Shown one piece after another: positions 1 through 14,793 of a DNA stretch of 64,000 nt. Both the position numbers and the translations under genes were made by a program. Within the stretch, counting starts at the first letter, position 1. Each line of letters starts with the position of its first letter. The stretch is from Hydrolagus colliei. Its lineage: Eukaryota. The notes under the pieces are model-generated. The model did not search any database. It was not told the origin of the DNA and worked only from the letters and a program-made list of their open reading frames with translations. The stretch is from assembly GCA_035084275.1 (NCBI GenBank), contig CM068761.1:1178001-1242000 (forward strand), given 5' to 3'.

Positions 1-3000
1 TCCCAATGTGAATTACTTATTTTCAGCCACCTTTTGATCAGTACTGCCGTAATCAATGAGTTCTACTTAGGAAGAGTCAGCTAAAAGTTGTCGAGGGATC
101 TTTTTTTTAATGATTTGAAAAATGGTCCATCTCTGAGTTTTGTGTGAGTGATTTGTTATGCTCATATACAGAACTCCGCTTGGTTTTTGGCAAATGCACT
201 TCAATGGCTCATACAAATCGGATTTTCTACTCTCCTGTAAGAAGTAATAGCACTTGGCTTTTAGTATAATTCTGTGTCAGAACCATGGTATACTTTGCCA
301 TTGAAATTCTCAGTTTCTGCCAGAGATGCTGGTATAACATGATAACACCAACCATCGAACCCACTAGTTCAATGTAATAAATGTCATCTTCTGTTTGTCT
401 CCAAATATCCCAGTCACACTTTGTAAAAAGATTGTGAAGCATGAAGCAATAAAATGCCCATCTTGCTCCTAATCCCAAATGATCCTCATGTAATGTTGCC
501 TCATGCACATGTTACAGGAAGAGAAATATGTGGGTCAGTTGGATATCAATCTATTGTCTTGGTTTCAGATATTTTACTGAGTTTTTGTTAAGATGCTCAT
601 TTGGCTCTGTGTGTGTGTGTATTTGTGGTGAGGGTGTGTGTGGAGAGCGTGGGGGGTAGTTCATTACAATCATGTCCTTATTGGTGTACCACATGTAATA
701 GAGGAGATTATTTGTGCACTTATATTGCAAAGAGCAGAATATATGCAAGTGAGAGTAGATCAAACCAATGTTTGTCTTCATCACCGGATTGCTGCTTTAC
801 TTAAAGATCTATTGATAGATTCTAAATTATAACCGTTAACATAAATGTTCGTTAAAATGTTTAAGATCTTACAGAATTGGAAACGATGAGTAGAGCACAT
901 ATTCAACTAGGCCTTTTACTGTTCATTGTCTATTTCTCCTTCCAATGACCTCCACATCGAGGATGCCAATTGTACAGTAGCATAGCATCTGGTTTGTATC
1001 AAATCTGGGGGCTGTTTAGCAATGATGTGCCAATGCCGTGCCCGGCATATCGTCAAGCTCTGTCGTTTCCGTTCCTCCTGCTTTCTTGTACCAGAGGTTA
1101 ATACCCTGACCTTGACTCACACTTGGTTGAGATTTGTTTCGGGTGCTCAGCTGCATCAACATGAATATTTAAAGAAGCCGCTCACTGCTGTGGAAACAAG
1201 TGATGTTGATATAATATTTAATCGCACTATTAATGCGTTGTTGTGGGCAGGATATTGATTTCAGGTAAAATATCTTAGTTTGTGTGTGGACAAAAGGGGG
1301 AAAGATCACTTCAGCCGTATCCAAGTTAGACTTAATGTCTTCTGGGTCTGTGTATGGATGCTTCCCAACGTAAGTGTACACGACACATTTGGCTGAAAGT
1401 TCTCACAATAGCGCACTGATCTATACCACAGGTATTTATCTCTGTTCCTACAGATTGGAAGAAAGCCTGTTTGCTGCTGATATGACAGACTGTATAAGCT
1501 ATTCAGTGCAGCATTGGATTGATGATGTGACATTGTGACATTCCAGACTGGAATAATGTGCACAGTCGAATATATAACCAAGTCGAGGTCGCATTGAAAT
1601 AGTTGTAAGAAGGTGAAATGATTGTGGGCGAGGGAGCTCTAATCTTTTTTGCTTTTTTTCTTTCTCCCTTCCCACTGGTACTTTTGCTTTGTGGGTTGAA
1701 CAGTGGCCCAGCTTTCAACCTGCTGCTTTTATGTTCACCTGTTGCTCCCAATAGAACTTTTACACGATGCTTCCTGTACATTGGTGCTCGGCCATAACAT
1801 ACATGCACATCCTTGACACTCCGTTGAATGCCACTTTAGTTGCTGCTTTATCGCAAAGCCTATGACTGCTCAAAACATTAATTTTATATGAAAGAAAATC
1901 CCTATAGACCACCTTTCAGACAGGAGTTGAGATAAATGCACATCTGATCTGTGCAATAAAATTGCCACGTACAATACCATTCACGTGGAAGTCCCAGATC
2001 AAAGCATAATTTGTTTTCAATGAAACCTTACCTTCCTGTATAAATTGTAGTTATGGTGCATTTAACAGAATTTTGTTGCCTCTTTAAAGCATTTAAAATG
2101 CATTAATGGCTATCACGCATATCATTTGTTCTTTCTCGGGTGTTTTTCCCTGTCTGCTTCCTGTTCGAGAGAGGTAATTAGCACTGCAAGGCTGTTCCCA
2201 TCTCCGCTTGTTGCTACTTAGATTTTCTCAGCAAGCCAGCTATCTTCAGGGAGATATCTCTTGACAGATTGATGGCACTTCCGTTGTGGCTAATGCTACT
2301 TTAGATTTTCAATGGGATCTGTTCCTGTTTATTTAATCTTACAAGAGAAAGAGAGCATTTCTTTGTTTTTAAGTATGAAATGTTTCATAGCATAATGTCT
2401 CTTGGCATCGTCAACTCTTCCCACATACTGTAATTGCGTGGACATTGTTTTGAGCATATTCTACAATTGGTGTTTGTTTCCAATTTCTTCCGTTAACCAA
2501 ACATTGCTCGACTTTGCTTATTTATCAGCAGCCCAAGAGGGAGAGGCTTCTGGCAGACTCTGCTCATTTTAAGCCCAATATTCTACATAAACCACAATTT
2601 ATTTTGGTCCTGGACTTGCGGAAATACTTTTCATACCATGTATTAGACAGGAAGAACAGTATTGTTTGTACAGTGTAATGTGATACTGTAAAGCAGGCAG
2701 CCACATTATCCCTGCCCAACCAAATTTCTTACTAATAACAGTGCAGCGGATATTCATATTCATACCTGGAAACAGTAGACTTCTTGTTCTGGGCTCTCAG
2801 TATTATAGCAGGTACAACGCAAGTCAGGGCAGAGAAAAGCACCAGCTTCTCTCCTTAGCAATATACCTCGCCTCCAAATTTAAAGATTACCTCTATCAAC
2901 AAGTTTCTCAGAACTATCATTCTTGTGGCTGCCCGCTGCCCCACCCCAAACTTCGACTTGGTGAAATAGAAATAATGCTGAGATAGGGGATATTTATGCT

Positions 3001-3279
3001 TTTAACTGCCGCCCACAAACAAACCAAATTTGTGACCGTACAAACCTATAATCTTCAGGCTGAGGCGAAGTGTTAAGGCTAATCACTTGTGTGGCTCCTG
3101 TTTCATTTACACTGTTTTTCAGCAGTTGTGGCCTCGCTGCCAATCGTGCAATAAATCCAGTGTGGAGCAAGGAGCATTACAGGCTCACCCCATGTTGTGT
3201 GCCTGAGTTTAATATGGCCCAAGCTTTTAGTACACCTGTACTGACTTTATTGTCAAAACCTGGCTAAGGGAATGCTGAA

Positions 3280-3360
3280 TTGTCTGTTCTGTGTTCAGAT
3301 GACACTAAACCAAATATCTTGCCTGTCTGCCTTTTCAGCTAAATGTTAAATCTCCCATGC
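3280..3360 (+). mobile_element. Old DeuSINE (SacSINE1-like) central-domain fragment
   Basis: cagatgacactaaacc...ctgtctgccttttcagctaaatgttaaatctcccatg resembles the Deu-domain core as I recall it. A similar motif occurs near 5620-5660. Confidence 0.35.
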
Positions 3361-4051
3361 TGGGAATAAAGCTGCTGCACTGTTTGGCAGGTTAGACATA
3401 GCCAGAACGTCTACCTTGTAGCCAGATCCTCTGCACGTTCACTTGATGTCATGCCAGATGATTACGAATTTAAAAAATCACATTATCATGGGAAATTGCA
3501 AGTGCCATTACTGAAATAGGAAGCGAGATTTGTTTTGTTTGCTTTGATGAGCGACAAAGGGAGCCGTTATCAGTTCTGATCTGTGCATGCCACACATTTC
3601 ATTCCAGACCTCTGTATGAATCATTGGTGTCGGACTATATTTAAATCTGTATTAGTCAATTTCCACTCCATTGAAGAGGCCGTTTGTTGGTCATTATTAT
3701 ATTCCGTGTAATTGAAGTGGTTCTTGTGAGTTAAAGAAGAAAGGTAGCATTGAAGCAGAAGATTTCCCACCCAGAGATGTTTGAATATGAACATTGATGT
3801 GGTGCTTAAGCGATATGACTGATCAATTGTTAAATGTTCCTTAAGTACTGGCATGTTACGGATAATGACAGTACTTCTGAGTAACTCTCATGCGTTAGTT
3901 GAGTTTCAGAAATTTAGAATTGGCTTTGGTACGGGTATTTAAGAATGGTCACATTTTTGGTCAACTGGGTGACTGACACATGAGGAAACCCATCGCCATC
4001 TTAAGCATGTCCAAACCAAGCTTGAGATTCCCGTGCATCCCACCTACACTT

Positions 4052-4256
4052 TATAATCCCCCCCAAAAAATAAAAAAAATTGGTCATTTCAATTCACGAC
4101 TGTTTGTGGGGACACTGCTGTGCGCAATTGGCTGCCGCACAATTTACCTTACAACTGTTTTCGCCCACAAATATAGTCAATTTACTTTACAGAATATTCT
4201 GAAATGTCTAGAAGATGTAAAAAGCGCTATAACAAATGCAAGGATTATTATTATTT
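4052..4256 (+). mobile_element. tRNA-derived SINE, 5'-truncated
   Basis: Has the family core ttggtcatttcaattcacgactgtttgtgggg..ctgctgtgcgcaattggctgccg and the tail aaatgcaaggattattatt. Confidence 0.85.
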
Positions 4257-5683
4257 AGCTTTCAACCCCATCTGTCCCAGCTGGCGTCTTGCTGACTCTT
4301 TGTCCCCTCAAGTGAGAAGATAAATGCTTGCAACGGGAGGGTTAGGACTTGGGGATGAATTCAGTGGTAGAGAGAAGGGGGAACCAATTATAAATGTTTA
4401 CAGTCTGTGTGGCACCAACCTTGGTGATATTCTGCACAGAACTCATCCTTAACGGATTGTTACTGTCATATGTAGCCTAGAAAATAAGGCCCGGTGGGTG
4501 AATACAGGGTGACTGGATTAAATTCAGTTCCATCAATTGGGGAACAAAAACTGTTTTGCTGCCTGATAAAGTGGTATATACATACTTACTTGGGGAGGAA
4601 GAGAGTAGGGTCTGAAATATCACTTCACAGCTGCCAGACACACCCAGCATTCCAGAATTATCTTAAAAACTCAACCAAGATTCCAAGGATCATTTGCTCC
4701 CATAGAAACCCCAGCACGATGGTGAGTTCCAGGCATTCCTTTACTTAGGCCAAAGCTCGCTCATGAGTTCCAGAGCAACCACTTGTGGGGGAAAAAAATC
4801 ACATTTACTACTACAGGATTCTCTGATTGTGGATTCAGAAAAAGTGTGCTCTTGTCCATGTCTTTGGGGCTTCTAAAATAAACAATACTTCAGCTCGCTT
4901 GAGCAACTTTTAAGTTTGAAGGTTGAATGCGAATATCTGAGTAATAATAAGGCAAGGATATAAAGTCTGTATTCAGATGAAACCCCTTAACTGCACTCAT
5001 AAAGCTCACATGTTTTCCAGCAGTCGTCTGAAGCCTGAAATGAGATTAATCTGACTGGTGGTTTTGATGTGCAGTCAGTTGGGGCTGTTTCAGTGCTGTT
5101 TGTTGCTCGTTGTTTCATACAGAGAGGAGCTCCACATGCACCATGTTGTGTAAAGTTGCTTAGATTGGGACAATGTTGGTGACTGCCGGTTCATCAAGGA
5201 ATCCTCACCCTGTTTTCAGCGAGGATTGCTGTAAAAATCACTCTAATCTGACTCACTGCAGGAATACAATCTTCAGTTTTTGATCATGAAGGACAAAATG
5301 GGGCTCGAGACTTAACTGTTTCTGTCGATTTGTTCCACTCTAGTTGAAACCTTGAAATTAAATTTCATTTTTGTCAGGATCCAGGATTGTTTGTATCTCT
5401 CCTCCTGTTTCCCCGCACCTTGGCAGGAACAATGTTTTATTTCATTGGTTAATGGAAACTAAGATTTCCCGACATGAATGGTGCTCTGTAAATGTAATGT
5501 TGTTGTTGTTGTTGTAAGGTAACTTCTGTGTATTAAAGTGTTCTGCTGTTGATAGTTGTTTATTTACCTCCTGCAGTTCATTGTGAATCTGTACGGCTGG
5601 ACTGTGACCGAGTCTTCCTTCCCTGCCGTTCTTGCTAGTTGATGTTAAAGATCCCATAAAATTACCCACAAGACGACCGTTTG

Positions 5684-6048
5684 TGGTCCTGTGGCTTGGT
5701 GGCTAGAGTACTCTCCTCGCGAGCGAGCGAGAGACCTGGGTTCGATTTTAGGCTAGGTGAAAAGTTAGGCAAGTTTCCTGACTGCACACACCCCTGTTCA
5801 CCTACCTCTCTTGGTAATTGATAGGCAGATTGCTTTTTCAGGAATAATAATTCCTTCCGATTTTAAAAAATAAGAATAAATAGGTCAATTCAATCAACGA
5901 CTTTGCGGGACACTGCTGTGTGGTGATTGGCTGCCGCGTTTTGCACCCCCAAAATCAATTCGCTTCATTCACAGTGTATTCTGCAAAGTGATTTTAAGAC
6001 GCCTCAGAGATGCGATAGGGCTCTGTATCAAATGCAGAGATTATTATT
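5684..6048 (+). mobile_element. tRNA-derived SINE, full length, long variant
   Basis: A-box (tggcttggtggctagag), B-box (ggttcgattt), family core and tatcaaatgcagagattattatt tail. Confidence 0.85.
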
Positions 6049-8562
6049 GATCACTTTCCTTGCCAATTCTCCTTCCAGTTTATTTACCACATGATTGCTG
6101 GAGAGACAATCCCAAACACAAAAAATGGCAGCCACATTTGCCTGTAGAAGCGACTATTTCCCATGAAGTGTGGTTGTGATGGTAACTGTTGTTGACGCAG
6201 CACGTTTCACATTAACTATCGAGCCCGTTTATGAAAATATTGTCATAAGGATTGCAGGTAATTTTGTAAGTGAAAATGAAATGTTTGTTGACATTTTTAT
6301 GGTTCTTGGCAATCCTTTTTTTGCATTCGATGCTCAGTTGTACGCTCTCTATGGACTTGTGTCTCAGCTTTCTTGGATGGGAAGGTGCTGAATCCTCCCA
6401 GGGGAATCTTGTAGATAGTTTTCACATAACCTGCCTGTACACCACCTGAAATGTAAAATTGGAAGCTGATATCTTACTTTCACAATGTGAAAGTACCTGT
6501 CCGGAACCCAGTCTGTTTCCTGTTGTTTCAAAACAGAACGTTGCACTGGCTCTGAAGCGTTCTGGGATAGGAGCTGAATTGAAGTCCTAAAAGGACTGCG
6601 TTCCATTGAATCTCCAAAATGTAGCATTTCCTTTAACAAACCCAAAGAGCTGAGATGCAACTGTGTTTGTTCCTGTGTTGAAGCATGCCCTTCCAGCACA
6701 CTAAGAAACCTTACATTAGAAACCTATTTTCAAGGATGAATTGCTCGGACAGTTTGTCATGCGGGTGGTGTGTGTTTAGATTTGATGCTTGCTGCTGGAA
6801 CCCACTTGCACAGATATGGATTTGACTTCTCTAGATTTACTGGATTAACTTGTTTTTGTGTCCGCCCCCGCACACACACAACCTGTTTTTCTACTGTACT
6901 CTGTTTCAGTTGGGAGATACCTCCATTAGTTTGAGACCCTGTTTGATTGTAGGAATTTTGGATTCCCGCCACATTGATGCCAAATTCTCTTCTCCATGAA
7001 TGTTTACTGCAGCTTTGAGTAAATGGAGGTGAAAAGTGAGATTTGATTCAGATTTGTTCTCAAATTTTCACACTGGCTGCAACTGGCCAGTTTATTAACG
7101 GCTGTCAAAATTACATATTTCAGTTTAACTTTGATCTGTGAGCTCTTCAAACCACTTTGATATTGTTAGCCACGTAGAATTGACCTGCAAATAAGAAAAA
7201 AAATGAAGGTATTGTTTCTGATTGAACTACAGTAATTGTAGTTGTGTGGCACCTTTCATGTCAGGATGATGTCCCAGTCACTGGGGTTTGCAATCCAGAG
7301 GGGTGGGGCCACATTTTCACCACGGAGTTTAACTCACTTGAAGCAGCATTCGCTTGGTTTAAGCTTCCTGACGCTTCACGAAGCAAGGCTATGTGGTCGC
7401 TCTCTTTTCAATTTATCAACTAATCTCACATTCTTAACATTTTTGGGTGAAGTTTGAGACGAGGGCACAGATGACTACCGAATGATGCCGTCACCTTATT
7501 AATCAATTAGTTCACTCAGTCTGAAAGCTGTCAAGCATTTCCTGAATAATTGCAAAGTAAAGATTTTTCCACGTAACCACAGATTTTGAGGTGGCTGTCG
7601 GCAATGTCTACCTTTCACAACGATTTTCATTTTAGCTGCTTTAAGTGCTTCCTGCTTGGTCCCTGTTTGCTGTGTCTCCTGGGGATATCAAACATGACAC
7701 TGGTGGAAGGTTCATAACCTGACGTTGCTCTACCAACCAATGGACCAGCTCAGCCAGCTCAGCACAGACTGGGAATTGAACCTGTGGCCGGTGTTCAGTT
7801 TGGCCTGTGACTGAAGTGGGAGTTGTATTTCCTTGGCCATCGGTTGACAAACGCCACCAAATAGTCAATTTGACATGGACCGATAATGTGAACTTTGGAT
7901 TGACGCTTGCATTGTCATTATCATTGGAACTGGTGTATGGTTAGTGAACGGAATCTTTGCAAAGCTTCACTGAGCTATGGACATTAGAAAATCACAGGCA
8001 ATACAACTAATTTTACCGCCAAATGGTTATTAACATGAATCTGAAGACGTGTGGTGTGATTAAATGAGTTTCAAAATCTAACAGTTGTATCTTCTGTACC
8101 CAGAAATACATTCTTAAAGTTGATTAATGACTTATACTACCCCGATCTGTAAATTATTTTGAAAAAGAAGGTCATAGTTGAAAACAAAGTAAAATACTGG
8201 GACTGCATATTTTTATGCATGTACAAATAATGCTGACTTTGCGAAAACAAACTTTTCAGTTGATTAGAATCTTGATCTCGGCCTCACTATTATCTTCCTT
8301 TGCTCACGAATCACTGAGGCTAACCTGTGAATTTTACCATCGACTCTGCTGATGTGAGTATTGTGGCCAGCTGGTGGTTGGAGTTTGATGCTCTATGCTT
8401 TCCAAACCCACAGCTTGTTGCTAACCCAGCCAAGGCAAGGTGGGTATCTCACCATCTGGCAGTATCCCCGGTAATAATGATTCCCTTATGTGGGGTTTGA
8501 ACCATGTCTCCTCTCCTGATGAGATGCACGATTGTATGCCTGAGAAAAATATCCTCAGTATT

Positions 8563-8881
8563 GCAGCTCCTGTGGCTTAGTGGTTAGATCACTTGCCTTG
8601 CAAGCTGGGGAGACCTGTGTTCGAATCCAGGCAGATCAGGGCAAAACCTTTGGCAGGTTTCCATACTCCACACACCTAATAATAATCTGTCAAAAAAAAA
8701 CGCAATAATATAATTGGTCATTTCAATCCACGACTGTTAATGGGACGCTGCTATGCGCAATTGGCTGCCGTAATTTGCCTATAAATATACAGTCAATTAA
8801 CTTTACAGTATATTCTGTGAAGCGCTTTGAGACGTCGATAAGATGTGAAAAGCGCTATATCAAATACAAGGATTATTATTA
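8563..8881 (+). mobile_element. tRNA-derived SINE, full length, short variant
   Basis: A-box tggcttagtggttaga, B-box gttcgaatcc, core, 3' hairpin acgtc-gataa-gatgt and (TTA)n tail. Confidence 0.92.
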
Positions 8882-11800
8882 CTGTAGGAGTTTTTTTAGT
8901 GTCATTATAGTATGCATGAGATTGTTTGTAGAATAGGAATTATGAGCCTTGTTCGGGTTTGTTTTGGTTGAGGGCTGAAATCATTTTTCTTCTAAAACCT
9001 CCCATTCTGTTAAAGACACGTTTAAAAACCCAGCAGTTTAGCTTTACCTAATTTATCCCACCCCAAAAAAAATATGCTGGATTTGATTCTCAGGTAGGGC
9101 GTGGGTTGGGTATTCATTAAGGGATGTGATGAGAGGTAATGATTTATAGAAGCTTTCTTTTCTGTCTATTAATAATGCCTCCATTTTTTATGTTTCCAGA
9201 ACTGATCAAAACCTTAGTCCCAATTCTCCTTGGCATTTCTCCAAACAATATGTTCCTTCCCACTGTTGCCTTACAATTGATTATGCCTCCTGGGAAGAGG
9301 CTTTTCACAGTGGGTTCAGTATCTCGGAATCCTCACCAGACAGCTTGTTTGAGGCTACAGCGTGGCTGACCGTGAACAATTGTTATGCTGCTTGTCATTA
9401 AATATTTTTTTCAAATATCACCCCCAAACAGTAAAGAAATGCTCTTAATAAAGACTGACTGAGTGAAAGCATTCAAACCGATTTACACCCTGTTTAGTGG
9501 GGCAACTAATGAGTTATGCACATGCCTTTGTTCAAGCTGGCTGGGGAGATGGCGCTACATACATCGCACTGTATAGAATCTAAAACAATGGAATGATTTT
9601 TTTGGTTGTTAACTTTGTGAACAATAAGTGCTTTGTTCTGCCTTGTTAATCGGACACACACAAACCTCTCATAAAACCAAGAATATATTCAACTTGTGTG
9701 TTCACTTCTCAGAAAAGTCGGGGTTGATGGTCTGTCTTTTAGAATCTGCTCCTCTAGTACAGTCAGCGGCATAGGATTTGGACCCAAGCGAGGAATTGGG
9801 TGGGATGAAGGATGACCAAAGGAGAGGTCAAGGATGATGGTCTAATTTGTTGTTTTCTTGGCGAAGGGAGCAAGGCACATTTCCTTGTTAAATATTTTAT
9901 GTGGTATGATTGTAAGAGGTGCAAATATTGTGGGTTTAGCAGTTATTTTAGTTAAAAAAATATTTTGCAAAATCATTGTAGTTGTTTAAATGAGCAATGT
10001 GGAGCAGAGTAGTTTGTAAATGTTTGTTGCTTACTTGGTATCGGCTTTAGGTTTTGCTTTATAAACTATTAAACTTTCAAAATGTCAAATCTGGAAGCTT
10101 AAGCTACAGTATGTTGTTTGATACTTATTTTGTGTGTTCAGTCCTACCCAAATATTATAAGATCAGTGACTTTAAAGCATTTTTTTAAATCCTTTTAAAG
10201 TTTTACACATGTTTTGATGAAGGTTAACAAGGTTAACATTTCTTGTGTTTCATTCATCATCTTGTCAATTTAACAGTCAAAACTGGTTACGTCAGTTCTC
10301 CGTTAACAGAACTCCTTTTGATAGTCACAGTGGTGTAAAAGTTGCTTTTTGTGGAGTTTCGAGGCAGTAGCCCTGAGTTTCATTGGTAGGAATGGTTTCT
10401 TTCGAATTGAACAGAGCAGCTTGTGTCCCAATCTGTGGAAAAGCAAAGTAGCTGCTTGTGACCCAACGTGGGAGAGTCTGGAGTAGGCTTTCCTACAGGA
10501 AGCACAGTCTTGTAGGAGTTAGTCATTGTTTAATGCGTAATATCGTATTATGTAAAAACAAAGTCAGCGTGAATGTTGAGGTAAGATTAGTTGTTTGTAC
10601 CACAAAAACACGACAGCAAACTAAGGCAGCCAAGGATTCTTGGTCAGGTCACCAATGTGACTGTCAATAAGTAACCAAAACAACCTGATAACATTGTGCA
10701 TGTTTGGAGATTGGGTGATTCAATGCATCAGACACTGTCCTGTACCCACTGGGACCTGGTTGTATCCAGTCTAGACTGACTAAATGGGTCTGCTGAATTC
10801 AAAGGTCACTGGGCAAATCGCACTCTGTGGGTCAACAGCATGAAACTGATGATAAATAGGATGAGTGGGTGATTTCATTCATTCGCTGAGGCCTTGAGAA
10901 TGGTTTGTGTAATATGTGGGAAAATCTACCGTTGGTGCAGTTGGAAATTGTAGTCTGGGCCAGATGTAGGGGAGATAGATAGCTGGTGTCTGACCCGGGA
11001 ATACATGAATCTGACTCAGTGCTAAATGTTGAAATGGTTTGATTGCTCCATGCTCTTTTACCTCAATGAGAAATCTTCCCCAGAAGACTTTTGCAGTTCT
11101 TACTCAGTGATTGCAGTAAAGAAGCTGTGAAGATATTAACGTTAGCAGTCAAGGAAACCGACGAGGTTTGAAGTATACCCGCTGTTAACACTGCAGTGAG
11201 TCATCGATGACTTCTGTTAGCTGAAATTCACTTTGAACAGTGTAATCTTCAGCATGTTCCGACTTGTGTCTTATTGGAATGAATGTTTGTTATGAATCTA
11301 TCTGCAAGGAGGAATGATTCAAATGTGTGAGCCTCATTTCAAGCCTAACACTGAGCATCATTATCAGTGCTGGGAATGAGATTGCCAAGCAAAGAGGGAT
11401 TGAAGCATCGCTGTGATCTTGAAGTTAGGGGAAAAAAATCTTGCCTTATGATCCACTTACGCACTGAGCCATTTGCAGAGACCTAAGTAATGGTTAGTTT
11501 CAAATTGTAATTTCTGATGTGACCTAGACGGTGTGCATGGATGGAAAGGACCTGCTTTCGGTGTACGTGGCTGTTAATGGAAAAAATATCCCACGTAATT
11601 CAATTTGTGGATTTTTAATAGACTTCGCTGAAGGAAACGCTAATTGAATTGCTCCTGTATTATAAACCACATACATGAGTTTCTGTTTTACCTGGTGGTG
11701 GAAAGAACAGCTGATGCATAACATTCAGAGCATACTCTTGTTGAACAGCAACTGCTCATTTTTTTAAAAAAAACAGTCTATGGAGGCGACCAGGAGAAGC

Positions 11801-13060
11801 TGTAGAATGTGTAGATTTAGAGTGGGATTATCTCACATGGCTGCAGACTAGTAGTGGGCTGTGTATTGGGAGTCAGAACAAAAGAGTGAAGCTGCAGACT
11901 GCAACAAGGATAGCATGCAAAAATGTGCAGTCGCTGCTCGGGAGCATAAAAAGACAAGTAGATGAGTCACAGATTTTCCCATAATCCGATGCATGTACTG
12001 GCAAGCCGACGTCGTTGAGGGGTTAGCTCTCGGTTGTACTACTGTCTTTGAAGCACAGACGTTCAGCCAAAGCTGCGAACAGGAGCCGTGGTATGTGCAG
12101 ATTTACCCTCAGCATTCTGTACAGGAATGTGTGGATCACTGCAAAGGTTGGAATGCGGTAGCTTTTTATGGGCAGGTTCTGCTCTAGAAATTCACCTCGC
12201 TGGCTGGCCACGTCTTCCTGATGTTGGAGAGGCCTTGAGCTAGTCATGCTCACTTACATAATTCACTGATTTTAAAATGGTTGCGCAATTAGATTTTTGT
12301 GTTAACTTCGAATCTGGCTTCAATTTAATTTGAAGAAAAAGCGAAGTGGAACCATTGCCTTCGAGAAAGTGTTTGTCTTGCTCCTTCCAAAAATGCTCTG
12401 AAGTGACTTTTTTCAAAGTTAAATGGAGTCTCTATATATCGGGTCTTGATTTTTTGATGGTGAATTTGTTGTGGTGGTTTCCACTCAGCTGTTTCTGTAG
12501 CAAATTAAACAAAAGGAAATAAGCATTCTGTTTTTTTGCATGCTGTTAATGACTCCATGACTCCTATATTTGCAAGCAAGTTTGGTTTAGGGCGGAGGGC
12601 ATGGAAAGAGGAGTAAATTAAAGGCATAAAATACCTTTTGACTTTTTTGTTTCTCTTTTTCTCCTTCTGAAGGCATTTGATTCCTTTGGTAAAGGCTCCA
12701 CCAATACCAGTTGCTTCTAGTATCTTGCTTCCGTGTCCCGGATTTCTGTATGAAATGTTGAGTGTCAGAAGTCTCTTTGCCAAAGGAGAACGTTGTAACC
12801 AAACCCCATTAGCCCTTACTAAGGCACAAATCTGTTTCTTCAAGCAGAGTTTGGTTAGCAGTCCGAAGTAGGAATTTTTAAAATCCCTTAACACAGACAT
12901 TGAGACCAAGTCTAGCACCTCAATTTCTGCTCCAGGTGTGATCACCGAACACAGCCGAGTCTTTGAGAGTTAAACAGGCTTTGTTGCAACAGCTGAACTG
13001 TTCAATGAAAGTTGGTGCGCAAGACGAACATGTTTATAAAATACCTTGTTTCTCTTCCAG

Positions 13061-13219
13061 GAGCAAAGCCCCAATAATCAGACGTCCAAAGCAATAATGC
13101 AGGAGCCACAAGAGCTAGTGGAGGAAACGGTCACTATCGAAGAGGACCCAGGAACCCCCACCTCCCATGTTTCTGTGGTGACATCGGATGATGGAACCAC
13201 ACGACGGACAGAGACTAAG
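13061..13219 (+). CDS. ARVCF: ARVCF coding exon (first in window), N-terminal region; contains internal in-frame ATG at 13097
   Basis: Acceptor tctcttccag|GAG and donor AAG|gtgagt. Encodes EQSPNNQTSKAIMQEPQELVEETVTIEEDPGTPTSHVSVVTSDDGTTRRTETK, which I recognise as the ARVCF N-terminal segment. Phase 0/0. Confidence 0.95.
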
Positions 13220-14654
13220 GTGAGTTCTTCTTGGTCAGTGTGGTCCTCAGCACATTTCACCTGAAGTAAAGTTCAGTACATTTCATGCCATTTGCGCTGT
13301 ACAGAGAAGAGTGGGTGCCAACAAGACGCACACAGTTAGTAAAAGATGAAAATAGAGTATTTGATGTTCAACTGGTTTTTCAACATACACCAGTACTGTG
13401 GCTGACAATTAGATTTTCGCTGTTTTTAAAGAACGCAGTTTTGAGTGACCCTCTGTGTGGTATCAGTATTCAGTGTCCATGTCATTCAATCGCACATCAC
13501 AATAGAGCGGCTAGATTTCTGCTCCATTTACAGCACTGAATTGTGAGCAGTTTTACACTGTAAATCCAACCTGTAACAGAACTCTTAAAACCTCATCACT
13601 CTCTCAAAATCACCCCCATATCACTGTGCTGCTGGAGGTTTGATATAAAAAGAACTTATTTTATATCCGTTGCAGGCAATGGCCAATTTCTCGAGCAATT
13701 CTGCGACATTTTCCAGTGTTGATGCTGCTTCCTGGAGCTTTGCTATAATGAGGCTGTAATGAGAATTCTTGCAAAATTGATTATATAATTTCCCATTTTA
13801 ATTGGGTGCAGAGGAACGGCAAGCTGAATTAGCTTATGCCAGTAAAACGTTAATGCGGGTCATTCCTTTGTTGTCGTGATTGCCGTTTGGCACTTTGCTA
13901 CATTTCAGTCGGATAAATATTAGATTCCGAAAATCTTTTGAATTCTTTTCTTTCTTTGAAAGTCGAGCTGTAAATTGCTACTGGGTATTTTCGGCATATG
14001 AAGGGCATATGCGACGTCTACAAAACTAGTGGGACTAGAATCATTCACTTTGCGTCATAACTCCTCTCACAACTGCCAGGGTCACGTTTTACAAAGAACA
14101 AGCCATTTTGTGGTATGAAATGTGTTGTAGTTTCATGATTGTCATTCCCTGCACGGTGGACAAGAGACCAAGGTGAGGGTTTAACCTCAACACGCTGAAG
14201 TATCCAATTTGCACAGTTTTGTTTTTTTGCCGTCTTTCTAGGTTGTCTGGGTAACAAGCAAATTTTGATTGTTCTGTATACTTTTCTTGTGAAGCATTTC
14301 ATTGCAATATTTGACCGATTAACGAAAATCTGGAAATACAAGGTTAACCAAAGCTTACTGGACAGAGACTCTCTTGTATGTCACACAGCTTACAGCCACT
14401 GCACTGATCAGAACAATATTTAATTGCAGTGAGCAGTATTGGAAGTGGATATAGATTTGTTCCTGTATAATACAAGTTTCATTGATGTACTCTAATAACT
14501 GCTGGTTCAGATGATGGCAGTTGGAAAGCTTTCTGGTAAATGAAATCCACATCTCCCAATGTACTCATCGGGGGAATTTTGCACATTTAAAATTCTCTGA
14601 ACGGACCAATCCTGGATATGGTCTTGATTTTATTGCCCTTCAGCATTAACGTGA

Positions 14655-14793
14655 TTCAACACAATTGGTTGCCGCGTTTCACCCACAAATACACAATCCA
14701 TCCAATACACAGTCAAAATCCAATCTACGCTGTGAAGCACATCGAGATGTCTCAAAGATGTCATCAGGCATTATATCAAATGCAAATATTATT
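14655..14793 (+). mobile_element. SINE 3' fragment
   Basis: caattggttgccgcgtttcacccacaaata...ttatatcaaatgcaaatattatt. Confidence 0.8.

Noticed and set aside
8563-8640. tRNA-like sequences with A and B boxes (also at 5684, 19589, 23600, 36300, 51011, 56969)
   Set aside because: Each continues into the same SINE body, so they are SINE heads rather than tRNA genes.
1-13060. Search for the ARVCF start exon (coiled-coil region) or a nested gene among the short ORFs
   Set aside because: No ORF resembles the ARVCF N-terminus or any protein I recognise, so I treat the region as intron.
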